Assembly (NCBI GenBank): GCA_016866195.1
Contig: VGNF01000001.1
Span: forward strand, 1 to 58,567
Source of the DNA: Chloroflexota bacterium
GTDB lineage: Bacteria > Chloroflexota > Anaerolineae > Anaerolineales > Villigracilaceae
Reading direction: 5' to 3'
Length of the DNA: 58,567 bases
Shown: piece by piece, positions 16,781 through 27,914 of the stretch
Layout of the letters: each line of letters opens with the position of its first letter
How positions within the stretch are numbered: the stretch's first letter is position 1
The notes under the pieces: model-generated
Database searches by the model: none
Told to the model about the DNA's origin: nothing
What the model saw: only the letters and a program-made list of their open reading frames with translations
Made by a program: the position numbers and the translations under genes

Positions 16781-17185
16781 ATGCAGATCACCCGCCAAGC
16801 TGATTACGCCGTGCGTGCCGTACTGCATCTGGCGCGCAACGGGGATCAGCGCACCCCCACCAGTTCAATCGCCGAGGATCAAAAGATCCCCCCGTCGTTC
16901 CTCGCCAAGATCATATCCCAGTTGTCGATCGCCGGGTTGCTGCATACTTCCCGCGGCGCCCGCGGGGGCGTGACCCTGGCCCGCGAACCGAAGGACATCA
17001 CCCTGCTGGAGGTCATCGAAGCCATCGACGGACCCATCCAGTTGAACGAATGCGTGGGCGAAAGCAGCGCCTGCACCTTTGATGAGAACTGTCCCCTGCG
17101 TCCGGTATGGTGCGAGGCGCAGGAGGAATTGGTCAACCGGCTGCGGGGCACCAACTTCGCCAGCATGAAAACGAAGGCAGCCTGA
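16781..17185 (+). CDS. Rrf2 family transcriptional regulator, three-Cys (Fe-S type)
   Basis: MQITRQADYAVRAVLHLA...SSIAEDQKIPPSFLAKIISQL, plus CVGESSACTFDENCPLR (C-x7-C-x5-C). Confidence 0.85.
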   Translation: MQITRQADYAVRAVLHLARNGDQRTPTSSIAEDQKIPPSFLAKIISQLSIAGLLHTSRGARGGVTLAREPKDITLLEVIEAIDGPIQLNECVGESSACTFDENCPLRPVWCEAQEELVNRLRGTNFASMKTKAA

Positions 17186-17263
17186 CGTACGAGATTTCCA
17201 CGCGGCCTCTCGGCTATAATAGCCGGGAGGCTTTTTCATTTATCTGGCGGAAGGATAAACATC

Positions 17264-18109
17264 ATGCAGAATCGCCGATCGTTCCTGACCATCCTGCTGG
17301 TTTTGATGATCACACTGGGTTGTGCCGTTCCGGGGCTCCCCACGATTTCCGACGCCACGCCGGTTGCGCAGGCCGGCCGGCTCGAAACCATGGTAGCCGA
17401 AATGGTGGATGCCGCCATCGCCCAAACCCAACAGGCAGCCCCGCCTCCTGTTGAACCCCCTGTTGCCGCGACAGAACTTCCGGCTGCCGCGCCGCAGCTG
17501 GATCTCGCCGGTTCGCTCACGCCGCAAAGCGACGGCACCATCCTGTTCAAGGACGAGGCCGCGCGCTACGAATTGAACGTCTCACCCGGCTGGCTGCCCG
17601 TCCGTTTGAATCAACAGGAGTATTACGATGCCTTCTCGCTGCCGGCAGCAGCCGACCCCGCCGCACAACGCGCCCTTTCCGGGGTCGCCTCGCTCGATCC
17701 GCAAACCTTCCGCCTGTTCATCTTTGACCTGCAGGACGGCCACCTTGTCAACCGCGTCGTCACCAAAATCAGCCTGGAGTGGGATCCGAATGACAGTATT
17801 TCCCTTTCGGACGAGACCGGAATACAGGCGATCGCCGAGTCCCTGCCCGCCTCGATCCCCGGCCTGACCGTGACCGATACCTCGGTCATTCAATCCACAA
17901 ACGGGTTGGCGCTCGGGGTGATCCTTTCCGAATTCCCCGGTAAGAATTTCGATGAGGCGGACGTGGTGCTCTACCAAAAACAGGTTCACTTGAACCTGCC
18001 GCTTGGTACGCTGGCGCTCACCTTCACCACCGAGACCAACTTCAAGGATGCCACCCTGCCCTTCTTCGATGCGATGGTGGATACGTTGAAAATCGAAAGC
18101 AGTCAGTGA
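17264..18109 (+). CDS. hypothetical lipoprotein
   Basis: 281 aa with signal/lipobox [10 protein letters not shown] recognise no family. A TATAAT sits at 17215-17220 upstream. Confidence 0.6.
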   Translation: MQNRRSFLTILLVLMITLGCAVPGLPTISDATPVAQAGRLETMVAEMVDAAIAQTQQAAPPPVEPPVAATELPAAAPQLDLAGSLTPQSDGTILFKDEAARYELNVSPGWLPVRLNQQEYYDAFSLPAAADPAAQRALSGVASLDPQTFRLFIFDLQDGHLVNRVVTKISLEWDPNDSISLSDETGIQAIAESLPASIPGLTVTDTSVIQSTNGLALGVILSEFPGKNFDEADVVLYQKQVHLNLPLGTLALTFTTETNFKDATLPFFDAMVDTLKIESSQ

Positions 18110-18128
18110 ATCTACAGGAGAAAAGAGG

Positions 18129-19790
<1,662 letters not shown>

Positions 19791-19791
19791 G

Positions 19792-20817
19792 ATGAATCGA
19801 AAAATCCAGGCCTTGTTCGTTCTGGGGATCTTTCTGCTTGCTTGCGGCGGGTCGCTCGCATCGCTCCCGCAGGCAACCGCGTCCTTTCCAACCGCAACGG
19901 AAACATCCTCGCCATCGGCCACGCCGAGCTTCACGGCCGCGCCTCCCACCGAGACCCCCCTGCCGACCGCGACGGCCACTCCCGTCCCGCTGGCTTCCCG
20001 TGTGTTGATCGTGGTCTTCGACGGGCTGCGACCGGATGCGATCCTGCCCGCGAACATGGTCAACGTGCTTTCCCTGATGCACAGCGGCGCCTCCACTCTC
20101 TCCGCACGGACGATTATGCCGAGCTCGACCCTTCCATCCATCTCCTCGATGCTGGTGGGGACCTGCCCCGCCAAGCACATCGTGCGCTGGAACGAATACG
20201 TCCCTCAAAACGGATATGCACTCGGAAAGGACATCTTCGATCTCGCGCACGGCGCCGGCCAGCGGACCGTGATGGTGGTGGGCAAGGAAAAACTGCGCCA
20301 GGTGACCGAGCCGACCAGCACCGATTTCTTTCAATTTGTGGACGACACGGATAAGATCGTCGATCCGTACCGCATCGAACAGCTGGCCATCCAGCAGATG
20401 GGACAGGGCTTCGGCCTTATGCTGGTGCACTTCCCCAACGGCGACCTGGCCGGTCATGAATACGGATGGATGTCGCGCAACCAGCTGGAGACGTATGCCA
20501 ATGACGATGAATCGCTTGGATTCATCCTGCAATCCCTGAGGGCGCGCGGCCTTTACGAGAGCACGATGATCATCGTCACTGCGGATCACGGCGGGCACGA
20601 CACCACCCACGGATATGATGTCCCCGAGGACATGACCATCCCGTGGATCGTCAGCGGGCCGGGTGTACTGCCGTTGCAGCTGACCACACAGGTCCACACG
20701 ATGGACACGGCCGCCACAGCCGCTTTCGTCCTCGGCCTGCCGGTCCCCCCGGAGTGGGACGGGGTGCCTGTGTATGAGGCTTTCGGCCTGCCTGCCGTCC
20801 CTTCCGCGGGTTGTTGA
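19792..20817 (+). CDS. alkaline-phosphatase superfamily protein (nucleotide pyrophosphatase/phosphodiesterase-like), secreted
   Basis: Signal peptide and Pro/Thr linker, then VLIVVFDGLRPDA, GDLAGHEYG and TADHGGHD metal-site motifs. Confidence 0.8.
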   Translation: MNRKIQALFVLGIFLLACGGSLASLPQATASFPTATETSSPSATPSFTAAPPTETPLPTATATPVPLASRVLIVVFDGLRPDAILPANMVNVLSLMHSGASTLSARTIMPSSTLPSISSMLVGTCPAKHIVRWNEYVPQNGYALGKDIFDLAHGAGQRTVMVVGKEKLRQVTEPTSTDFFQFVDDTDKIVDPYRIEQLAIQQMGQGFGLMLVHFPNGDLAGHEYGWMSRNQLETYANDDESLGFILQSLRARGLYESTMIIVTADHGGHDTTHGYDVPEDMTIPWIVSGPGVLPLQLTTQVHTMDTAATAAFVLGLPVPPEWDGVPVYEAFGLPAVPSAGC

Positions 20818-21117
20818 CCCGCCCTTTGCATTTTTGTTAGGCGGTGTCAACCTGTCTCCTTTCCAATACCGATTGGATGGGATAACATTACTAAACGTGA
20901 AATCGGGAAATGCCATAGCCTTCGTTTTTCACCGCAGAGAGCGCCGAGATCGCTGAGCTTTCTTTGGATTTTCTCCACGTTCTTCGCGAAGCACACCCGA
21001 AAGGGTACAGCGGGCTTTGCGGTTAAATTCCTCATCCCAAACTGACGTTACTTGGTTTTAATTTCATTTGACCAATTCTTTGGAGAAATCAAGATTATCA
21101 AGAGACTGAATCAATTC

Positions 21118-23184
21118 ATGCTCACGCTGACCGTGCTGGTCGTGGTGCTGGTCGGCGCCGTAAGCACGACGCCGGCATATGCCGACGACGGTACGACCGG
21201 CGAGCCGACCCCCGCCCCTACCGAGGAAAGCCCGCCCGCGGAGGAACCCGCTATCGAACCCGCGCCTGCGGAGACGGTGGAGACGATCCTCGAAGGGATT
21301 CCTGAGGGCACGGAAGTCGTTGTAATAAACGAGGGCGTTGTTGAGCCTCTGGCGACCGAGGCGGCCGCGCAGATCATCCTGCAAAATGATCCTATTTGGT
21401 GCCCTGGCGCTGCACTTCCGAGCGATCCTGGGTGTACCGCCGGCTATGCCACAGTCACGGAATTGATTGCCAACCTAGGAACGAAAAGTGGCGCGGGTAC
21501 GATATATTTCACCTCCACGTATGCGACGAACGACGCGTACCTTGATCACTCCAATCCCAACCTGGCCAACCTGACCGACCTTTCCATCCAAGGTGGTTGG
21601 AACGGCTCGACTGCAGCTCCAACGGTCGGCGGAATCACCACCTTCAACAGCGTCCCCTTATCAATTGTCAACTGGATCGGCAACGTGACCTTGAACGATA
21701 TCATCGTTGACGGGGCAGCCATTGACTCGGGAATCTACGTACAAACCGCCGGAAACATCATCCTGGACAATACCAGTGCAACGGACAACGGCTTCGATGG
21801 CGCCGACCTGATCAATTATGGTGGCACCGGAAACGTGACGGTCAATGGTGGAAACTTCTCTGGCAACGATCAGGCCGGGCTGTACATTGCCAGTCAGGGG
21901 GTGGTCAATCTCACCGACGTCATCGTCGATAACACAAGCGCCCTGGTCAACGACAGCTATGACGGCGCGATCATCGACAACTCCTACGGCACAGAGAACG
22001 TAAGTGTAACGGGGAGCACCTTCACCCAGAACTTGTGGGACGGTTTGTACGTGAAATCCGCCGGGATCATCACTCTGAATGGTGTAATTGCTTCCAATAA
22101 TCTTGAAACCGGTGCCTATTTGAACGCTCTTAGTGGAACTGGCGGCATAACCATCAGCAACAGCACCTTCTCCTCAAATGGCGACTGGGGCATCAACGCC
22201 TTCGCCGACGACGGATCCATCACCGTCTCCAATGTTTCAGTGAACGGCGGAGGGACTGGTGAGAACGGAGCCTGGTTCAAATCCTTCCAGGCGAATGTCT
22301 CGGTCAGCAACAGCACATTCAGCAACCATACGAAAACCGGCCTGCTGGCGGTTGCCGGCGGACAGGTAACCTTGGACGGCGTCATCGCCTCATCGAACGC
22401 TGCCGGGAACGGAGCCGAGATCTACAGCATTAACAACTTCGCCTGCTTCGGCACGCAGGATATCACTGTGAACGTAAACAACGGCACGTATTCTGGCAAT
22501 GGGGAGTACGGGCTATATGCTGAACCCGGCTCAGCCGCGACTGTGACCTTTACCGGCACGCAAACCTACTCCCCGGCTAACGGCCTCGGGAACACATTTA
22601 TTAATCCCTTCGTGAATCCCTGCCCGCCGCCGGATCCGAACAAGCCGACGAATGAAGGCAAGCCTTCGAACGTGGTCAATGTACCGAACACGGGCGGTGA
22701 GCCTGTTCTGCAGGACTGCGAGAACTTCTCTAGCACCACACTCCGGCTCGAAGCGGGCACATCAGTGAAAGTTAGATGCCCGTTCAGCGGCACCAGCCGG
22801 CTTTCGGAGATAACAAATGATGAACTTCCTGGCAGGTTACCCAATGTGTTCACCTTCGGTTCTGCCATAGAGATCGGATTGGCAGACGAGGCAGGTGATC
22901 CCGTTCCCGTTATGACCGAAGGCGGTCTGCTTACCATTTCCTTCGTAATCCCCGAGGAGTTAAAGGACAAACGTTTGTCCATTCTCTACTGGGACCCGAC
23001 AGCGAACAACGGGCAGGGAGATTGGATTGAACTGCCACTGGAGCGGTTCGGGGGTGAGAACTTCCCGCTCCACCCGGATGACCCGGACGATTGGCGCATG
23101 ATATCTTCAGGGCTTGAGCAATCCGGAAACACAGTCTCTGTGACCGTCAACTTCCCCGGCCTGTTCGTCCTCGTCGCCCGATAA
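21118..23184 (+). CDS. secreted right-handed parallel beta-helix repeat protein
   Basis: Signal peptide MLTLTVLVVVLVGAVSTTPAYA from the internal ATG. There are many about 22-aa rungs (NVTLNDIIVDGA, GNIILDNTSATDNGFDGADL, VSVTGSTFTQNLWDGLYV...) and a distinct C-terminal domain. Confidence 0.7.
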   Translation: MLTLTVLVVVLVGAVSTTPAYADDGTTGEPTPAPTEESPPAEEPAIEPAPAETVETILEGIPEGTEVVVINEGVVEPLATEAAAQIILQNDPIWCPGAALPSDPGCTAGYATVTELIANLGTKSGAGTIYFTSTYATNDAYLDHSNPNLANLTDLSIQGGWNGSTAAPTVGGITTFNSVPLSIVNWIGNVTLNDIIVDGAAIDSGIYVQTAGNIILDNTSATDNGFDGADLINYGGTGNVTVNGGNFSGNDQAGLYIASQGVVNLTDVIVDNTSALVNDSYDGAIIDNSYGTENVSVTGSTFTQNLWDGLYVKSAGIITLNGVIASNNLETGAYLNALSGTGGITISNSTFSSNGDWGINAFADDGSITVSNVSVNGGGTGENGAWFKSFQANVSVSNSTFSNHTKTGLLAVAGGQVTLDGVIASSNAAGNGAEIYSINNFACFGTQDITVNVNNGTYSGNGEYGLYAEPGSAATVTFTGTQTYSPANGLGNTFINPFVNPCPPPDPNKPTNEGKPSNVVNVPNTGGEPVLQDCENFSSTTLRLEAGTSVKVRCPFSGTSRLSEITNDELPGRLPNVFTFGSAIEIGLADEAGDPVPVMTEGGLLTISFVIPEELKDKRLSILYWDPTANNGQGDWIELPLERFGGENFPLHPDDPDDWRMISSGLEQSGNTVSVTVNFPGLFVLVAR

Positions 23185-23203
23185 CGTCACAATTCAATGA
23201 AAA

Positions 23204-23245
23204 AGAGCCCCTCGCTGATTTCAGCCTGAGGGGCTCTTTCATTTC
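23204..23245 (+). terminator. Rho-independent terminator of the beta-helix gene
   Basis: AGAGCCCCTC-loop-GAGGGGCTCT followed by TTCATTT. Confidence 0.6.
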
Positions 23246-23565
23246 GCGGCGCTTCGTAGTTTCAGGACAGTACTTTTGTACATTGATTTTTTCGCGGCTT
23301 TCAGATATAGTTGGTCGTGTTTCTCGAATACATCACATGTTTCCCATGTGATGTAGATTTAACGGTGACTTTATCGGTAGGAGAGAGTGTGGCGGACCTC
23401 GACGGTCCGCCACAAGCTTTAACTTCCTTAATTTGGCATCCATACAACCCAGCCTTCCGGGCCAAGAGTATCCGTAACACCATAGTGGGTTCGGATGTAC
23501 TCGACCAACGGCCAGGCTGTTGGATCCTCCCGCCATGCCTGCGAATCAATGGAATCGATGATCAA

Positions 23566-24591
23566 TCAGGTTTTCGGCCAGTCGAACAGAAGGACCTCGG
23601 CCAGCAGGCGGGTGTTGACGTTGCGTTCCATCTTCTCCAATGCGGATTCGAGATCGGTCACCACGCGCTTCACAGTGGATAGATTCAGCCGCCCGGCGAG
23701 GAATTCGATCTCCATGTTGCGGTCGATGTTCACCAACGGAGCATTTGCACCCGCGGCGCGCAGCATCACATCCCGCCAGTATGAAAGCCAGATCAGGATG
23801 GTCTGACGCATCGAATCCCTGTCCTTCGAGAGTTTATCGGCATAGGAAAATTTTTCCACGCGCGGCGCGGGCAGCAGGGTTTGCAGGTCGTTCAGCCGTT
23901 GCTCGCGCTGGTCGAGCAGGGTGGGATCTTCCACCAGGCGGCGCGCGTACCCCGGCCGCCCGCCGGAGATGTGAGCCAGCAGGCGCGCTTGCTGCGGGTC
24001 CACACCGCGCCCGGTCAGATCCTCTTCGATCTGCCGAACGGGGATCGGGCGCAGGCGCAGGACCTCGCAGCGCGAGACGATCGTCGGCAGCAGCCCTTCC
24101 GGATTGTCGGCGGTCAACATCAGCACCGCGTAGGCTGGGGCTTCCTCGAGGGTCTTCAACAAGGCGTTGGACGCTTCTTCATTCGCTTGGTGAAATTGCA
24201 AAAACACAAGTATGCGATGTTTGGATTGATAGGGTCGCAGGTTGATTGATTTTCTTAAATCTCTAATTTGTCTAATGCGAATTTCTCCACTGGGGGCAGG
24301 GATCAATTCATTGCGGTTGTGTGGATCAATGATGGTGGGTTCTATGACGCTCAGATCCGGATGGCGCATGGCTTCGATCTGTTTGCATTCGCGGCACGCG
24401 CCGCAGGGAACTCCTGCTTTGACAGGCGAAGCGCAGATCAACGCCTGGGCCAGGCGCAAGGCCAGGGTGCGGCGTCCCAGGCCGGGAGGTCCGCAGAAGA
24501 GATACGCATGGCGCACCTCGCCGCTGGCCGCGTGGCGGCGAAGCATATCCACCGCCCATTCGTGTCCAAGGATGTCCCAGTTGTCGTTCAT
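23566..24591 (-). CDS. holB: DNA polymerase III subunit delta'
   Basis: MNDNWDILGHEWAV...HAYLFCGPPGLGRRTLA...CGACRECKQI (zinc module) and AAA+ clamp-loader pattern. I set the start at ATG 24591, because the track's N-terminal 29 aa are the translated heptamer repeat. Confidence 0.85.
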   Translation of the reverse strand: MNDNWDILGHEWAVDMLRRHAASGEVRHAYLFCGPPGLGRRTLALRLAQALICASPVKAGVPCGACRECKQIEAMRHPDLSVIEPTIIDPHNRNELIPAPSGEIRIRQIRDLRKSINLRPYQSKHRILVFLQFHQANEEASNALLKTLEEAPAYAVLMLTADNPEGLLPTIVSRCEVLRLRPIPVRQIEEDLTGRGVDPQQARLLAHISGGRPGYARRLVEDPTLLDQREQRLNDLQTLLPAPRVEKFSYADKLSKDRDSMRQTILIWLSYWRDVMLRAAGANAPLVNIDRNMEIEFLAGRLNLSTVKRVVTDLESALEKMERNVNTRLLAEVLLFDWPKT

Positions 24592-24612
24592 CTTCCCTTC
24601 ATCATAAATCTT

Positions 24613-24731
24613 CAATCGCCAATCGGCAATCCACAATCGCCAATCCTCAATCGTCAATCCCCAATCGGCAATCCACAATCGTCAATCCCCAATCGTCAAT
24701 CCACAATCGAAAATCCTCAATCGTCAATCGC
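24613..24731. repeat. 17 tandem heptamers CAATCNN (alternating CAATCG-N / CAATCC-N, i.e. 14-nt super-period)
   Basis: Read directly: CAATCGC CAATCGG CAATCCA CAATCGC CAATCCT CAATCGT CAATCCC CAATCGG CAATCCA CAATCGT CAATCCC CAATCGT CAATCCA CAATCGA AAATCCT CAATCGT CAATCGC. Confidence 0.9.
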
Positions 24732-24737
24732 ATACCC

Positions 24738-25655
24738 CTACTCCTGTCCGGCCCTCAACCTCAGATAGGAATCGTACCGCTCCGCGTGCACCTCCCCGGC
24801 CTCCACGGCAGCCCGAACCGCGCAGCCCGGCTCATGCACATGGGTGCAATCGCTGAACTGGCAGTCCGCCACCCGCGGCGCGAGCTCTGGAAAGTATGCA
24901 TCGATCTCCTCCGGCTGTGTATCCCACAAGGCGAGCGATCTCCAGCCGGGCGTATCGGCCACATACCCTCCGATCTCCAGCTTGAACATTTCGCGCGTGA
25001 CCGTGGTGTGTACTCCCTTGTTCACCGCGGCGCTGACTTCATTGACCTCCAGCCCCAGCCCGGGCTGGATGCAATTCAACAGGCTCGATTTGCCCACACC
25101 GCTCGGCCCAACCAGGGCGCTGATCCGGCCGGTGAGCGCCGAGGCTAGTTCATCCAGCCCTTTGTGCTGCACCACCGAGGTGTAGATCACGCGATAGCCG
25201 ATCTCCGGGTAAAGGCCGAAGAGTTTCGTCGCATCCTGCACCAGATCGATCTTGTTGGCCACGATCACGGGAGGGATTTTCTGTTTCTCCGCGATGACCA
25301 GAAAGCGGTCCAGCATGCGCCGCCTGGGATTCGGGTGCGCGCAGGCAAACACAAATAGGACCTGGTCCGCATTCGCCAGCAGAATCTGCTGATATTCCCC
25401 CTGCGGCCTCGGGTCCAGGCGAACGAGCGCTTGCTTGCGCGGCTGGATGGATTCGATCATGCCGCTGCCATCCGGGAGTGCGATGATCTCCACCCGGTCC
25501 CCCAGCGCAGCGATGTCGCCCGTCGCTTTCCCCTGCTTCAATTTTCCGCGCAGCTGACAAATGATAAGACCCGCAGCGGTCTCCACCGTAAAGAAACCGG
25601 ATTGGGCCTTGACGATCAAACCATTCTGGGTCGAGTCGCTCACAGGGAGGACCAA
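24738..25655 (-). CDS. rsgA: ribosome small-subunit-dependent GTPase A
   Basis: OB-fold N-terminus, circularly permuted GTPase motifs VANKIDL ... GPSGVGKSSLLN, and a C-terminal zinc knuckle C-x2-C-x-H-x5-C. Confidence 0.9.
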   Translation of the reverse strand: MVLPVSDSTQNGLIVKAQSGFFTVETAAGLIICQLRGKLKQGKATGDIAALGDRVEIIALPDGSGMIESIQPRKQALVRLDPRPQGEYQQILLANADQVLFVFACAHPNPRRRMLDRFLVIAEKQKIPPVIVANKIDLVQDATKLFGLYPEIGYRVIYTSVVQHKGLDELASALTGRISALVGPSGVGKSSLLNCIQPGLGLEVNEVSAAVNKGVHTTVTREMFKLEIGGYVADTPGWRSLALWDTQPEEIDAYFPELAPRVADCQFSDCTHVHEPGCAVRAAVEAGEVHAERYDSYLRLRAGQE

Positions 25656-25663
25656 TGATTGAG

Positions 25664-27901
25664 TTAAGGGATGGGCGGCAGGCCCCCCGGCGGAGTCGGG
25701 GTATACGGTGGTCTGCCGATCTCGCCGAACTCGTAATTCTGCCTCTGCGGACTCCCGTAATAATACGTCTCGACCAGGGCGCGGAAGATCGGCACAGCGT
25801 AGTCGGATCCCTCGCCGCGGTTTTCGACGATCACAGTGATGGCAATATCCGGAACGTTGGTGTTATCCTGGTTCAGCGTATAACCTGAAAACCAGGCATG
25901 CGGCGGGCCGTTGCCGGATTCAGCCGTGCCGGTCTTTCCGGCGGTTGTGAATTGCAGGCCGCGGATGTTAAAGCGCGCCGTCCCGCGCCCGTTCTGGGTT
26001 ACCATCAACATGGCCTCGCGCAGGGTCTCGAGGTTTTCATCGCGCAGCGGCAGTGTGCCGCGCGCTTCCGGTTTGAAGACCAGGGTCGGATCGCCCTCCA
26101 CAGGCTGGATCTTCTCCACGAGCTGCGGCCGGTACAGGGTCCCGCCGTTGGCAATGGCCGCGGTAAAGGTTGCCACCTGCAGCGGGGTCACGAGCACAAA
26201 ACCCTGGCCGATGGCCTGGTTGACCACATCCACGGCGTTGGCCGGGTCAAGGATCTGACCGGTGGCCTCGGACACCTGTTGAATGCCGGTGGACGCGGCC
26301 AGCCCGAACCCGCGCGCCATCTTGGCGATGTCGGATCCGCGATCCCAATTCGAGAACAGGTCGTTCCCGATATGCCAGAAGTACGGATTGCACGAACGCA
26401 TCAGCCCTTCTTGAAGCGTCACCACGCCGGAGGGCGTGCTGTCCGAGGTATTGCAGAAATCGCCGGCCGCCAGCCGGTCGCGGCAGTGTTCATACGTCCA
26501 ATCGTAGCGGATCTTATCCGGCAGTTCGGTGAATTCATACTGGCAGTCGTACTCCGTATCCTTGAGATACAGTCCGCTCTCCAGCGCGGCGGACAAGGTG
26601 ATGACCTTGAACACCGAGCCGAGCGGGTACTGCCCTTGCGCGGCGCGGTTGAGCAGCGGCTGGTTGGGATCGTTTAACAGATTGGTCAGCCCGAGGTTGT
26701 TCGGATTGTTCGGCTCGAACAGGTTCGGGTCGAAATCCGGCGCGGAAGCCATGGCCAGCACCCGCCCGGTTTCCACCTCCATGATTACGACCGCGCCGCG
26801 GAAGAACTCGACCGCCCGCTGTGCATGGTACTGCAGGTTCTGGTCGAGCGTCAGGTAGATCGAGGAGGCTGGTTCTGGCAGGCTTTGCCCGAGCGTGGCA
26901 ATGATCTGCCCGCCGGGATTGACCACGCGCAGCACTCCGCCGTGTCTGCCGGCGAGATAGTCCTCGCCCCACTTTTCGATGCCGGCCTGGCCGACCTTTT
27001 CATCGCCGCGGTATCCCAGCCGGCGATATTGATTCAACTGCTCCGGGGAAATCGAGAGGGTGTATCCCACCGCCTGGGGAGCCAGCCCGGTTTCGAAGTA
27101 ATAGCGCGAACTGTACTCGGACCACACCAGTCCGCCGGGGCTGATGGACAACAGGCGCTGGGCCTCCTCCCTTGTGCCCTCGCACATGGGCAGGTACCAG
27201 CCGGGGCCGGCGGCGTCGATCTGATCCTGGATGTATTCCGGATCGTATCCGCAGTACAGGCCGAGTTCGCGTGTCAGGGTGCCAATCGTCTCGAAATTGA
27301 TCTGGTCCGTCTGAATTCCAAACGCCAGCGCTTCGGACTGCGACACGATCGGCAGACCGTTTCGGTCGTAGATATCGCCGCGGGCCGGCACACTGTATTC
27401 CATCACCAGTTGATTTCCGCCGGCCAGTTCCGGCAGGATCTGGGAATCCTCCCAGACGATCCTCCATTCGTTCTCCTCGTTCTTCATGCGGATCAGGATG
27501 TTGCGCTGGATATCGCCCACCAGGGCGGTCTTGTAGACGGCGGCGTATCCGATCTCGGCGTTGTAGGGGCTGATCTGCGAGGAGTTGATGGTGTACTCGA
27601 TGCCCGAGGCGCTCATGTTGTTGAGCGCGTCGTTCCAGCGCCTGGAGAAATCCTCCAGCGTGATCGCCTCGCGGCTGGCCTGGGTCAGCATGTTGTACAT
27701 GGTCTCGAAATCGTCCGCCTGCAGAGCCGCCAGGTATTGGGTGATCGCCGCGGTGGCGTCCGGCGCGGGGATGATTGTCACGGGTGGGGTGGGTAGAGGC
27801 GTGGGCGAGGCGAAGAAATTAGGTACACCCGGCACGCCCGAACTGCAGGCCGGGAGAAACATCAGGATCAGGATCAGATTTATCCGGCGAAGAACCTTCA
27901 T
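25664..27901 (-). CDS. class B penicillin-binding protein (peptidoglycan D,D-transpeptidase) with N-terminal NTF2-like domain
   Basis: 745 aa. SxxK (GSVFK), SxN (RSCN) and KTGTA motifs are all present. Confidence 0.85.
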   Translation of the reverse strand: MKVLRRINLILILMFLPACSSGVPGVPNFFASPTPLPTPPVTIIPAPDATAAITQYLAALQADDFETMYNMLTQASREAITLEDFSRRWNDALNNMSASGIEYTINSSQISPYNAEIGYAAVYKTALVGDIQRNILIRMKNEENEWRIVWEDSQILPELAGGNQLVMEYSVPARGDIYDRNGLPIVSQSEALAFGIQTDQINFETIGTLTRELGLYCGYDPEYIQDQIDAAGPGWYLPMCEGTREEAQRLLSISPGGLVWSEYSSRYYFETGLAPQAVGYTLSISPEQLNQYRRLGYRGDEKVGQAGIEKWGEDYLAGRHGGVLRVVNPGGQIIATLGQSLPEPASSIYLTLDQNLQYHAQRAVEFFRGAVVIMEVETGRVLAMASAPDFDPNLFEPNNPNNLGLTNLLNDPNQPLLNRAAQGQYPLGSVFKVITLSAALESGLYLKDTEYDCQYEFTELPDKIRYDWTYEHCRDRLAAGDFCNTSDSTPSGVVTLQEGLMRSCNPYFWHIGNDLFSNWDRGSDIAKMARGFGLAASTGIQQVSEATGQILDPANAVDVVNQAIGQGFVLVTPLQVATFTAAIANGGTLYRPQLVEKIQPVEGDPTLVFKPEARGTLPLRDENLETLREAMLMVTQNGRGTARFNIRGLQFTTAGKTGTAESGNGPPHAWFSGYTLNQDNTNVPDIAITVIVENRGEGSDYAVPIFRALVETYYYGSPQRQNYEFGEIGRPPYTPTPPGGLPPIP

Positions 27902-27914
27902 TCACTTCCTTTCA

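Noticed and set aside
20990-21030. A second GEMM-like element (ACCGCAAAGCCCGCUG on the minus strand)
   Set aside because: It matches only part of the ACGCAAAGC box, lacks the GGCAAACC and CCGGG...GCCGA partners, and has no downstream minus-strand gene.
24592-24678. N-terminal extension of holB (MWIADWGLTIEDWRLWIADWRL...)
   Set aside because: It is the translation of the heptamer tandem repeat. The conserved delta-prime N-terminus starts at ATG 24591.
24613-24731. Possible CRISPR array
   Set aside because: The unit is only 7 nt, with no spacers and no cas genes. It is a microsatellite-like tandem repeat, not a CRISPR array.
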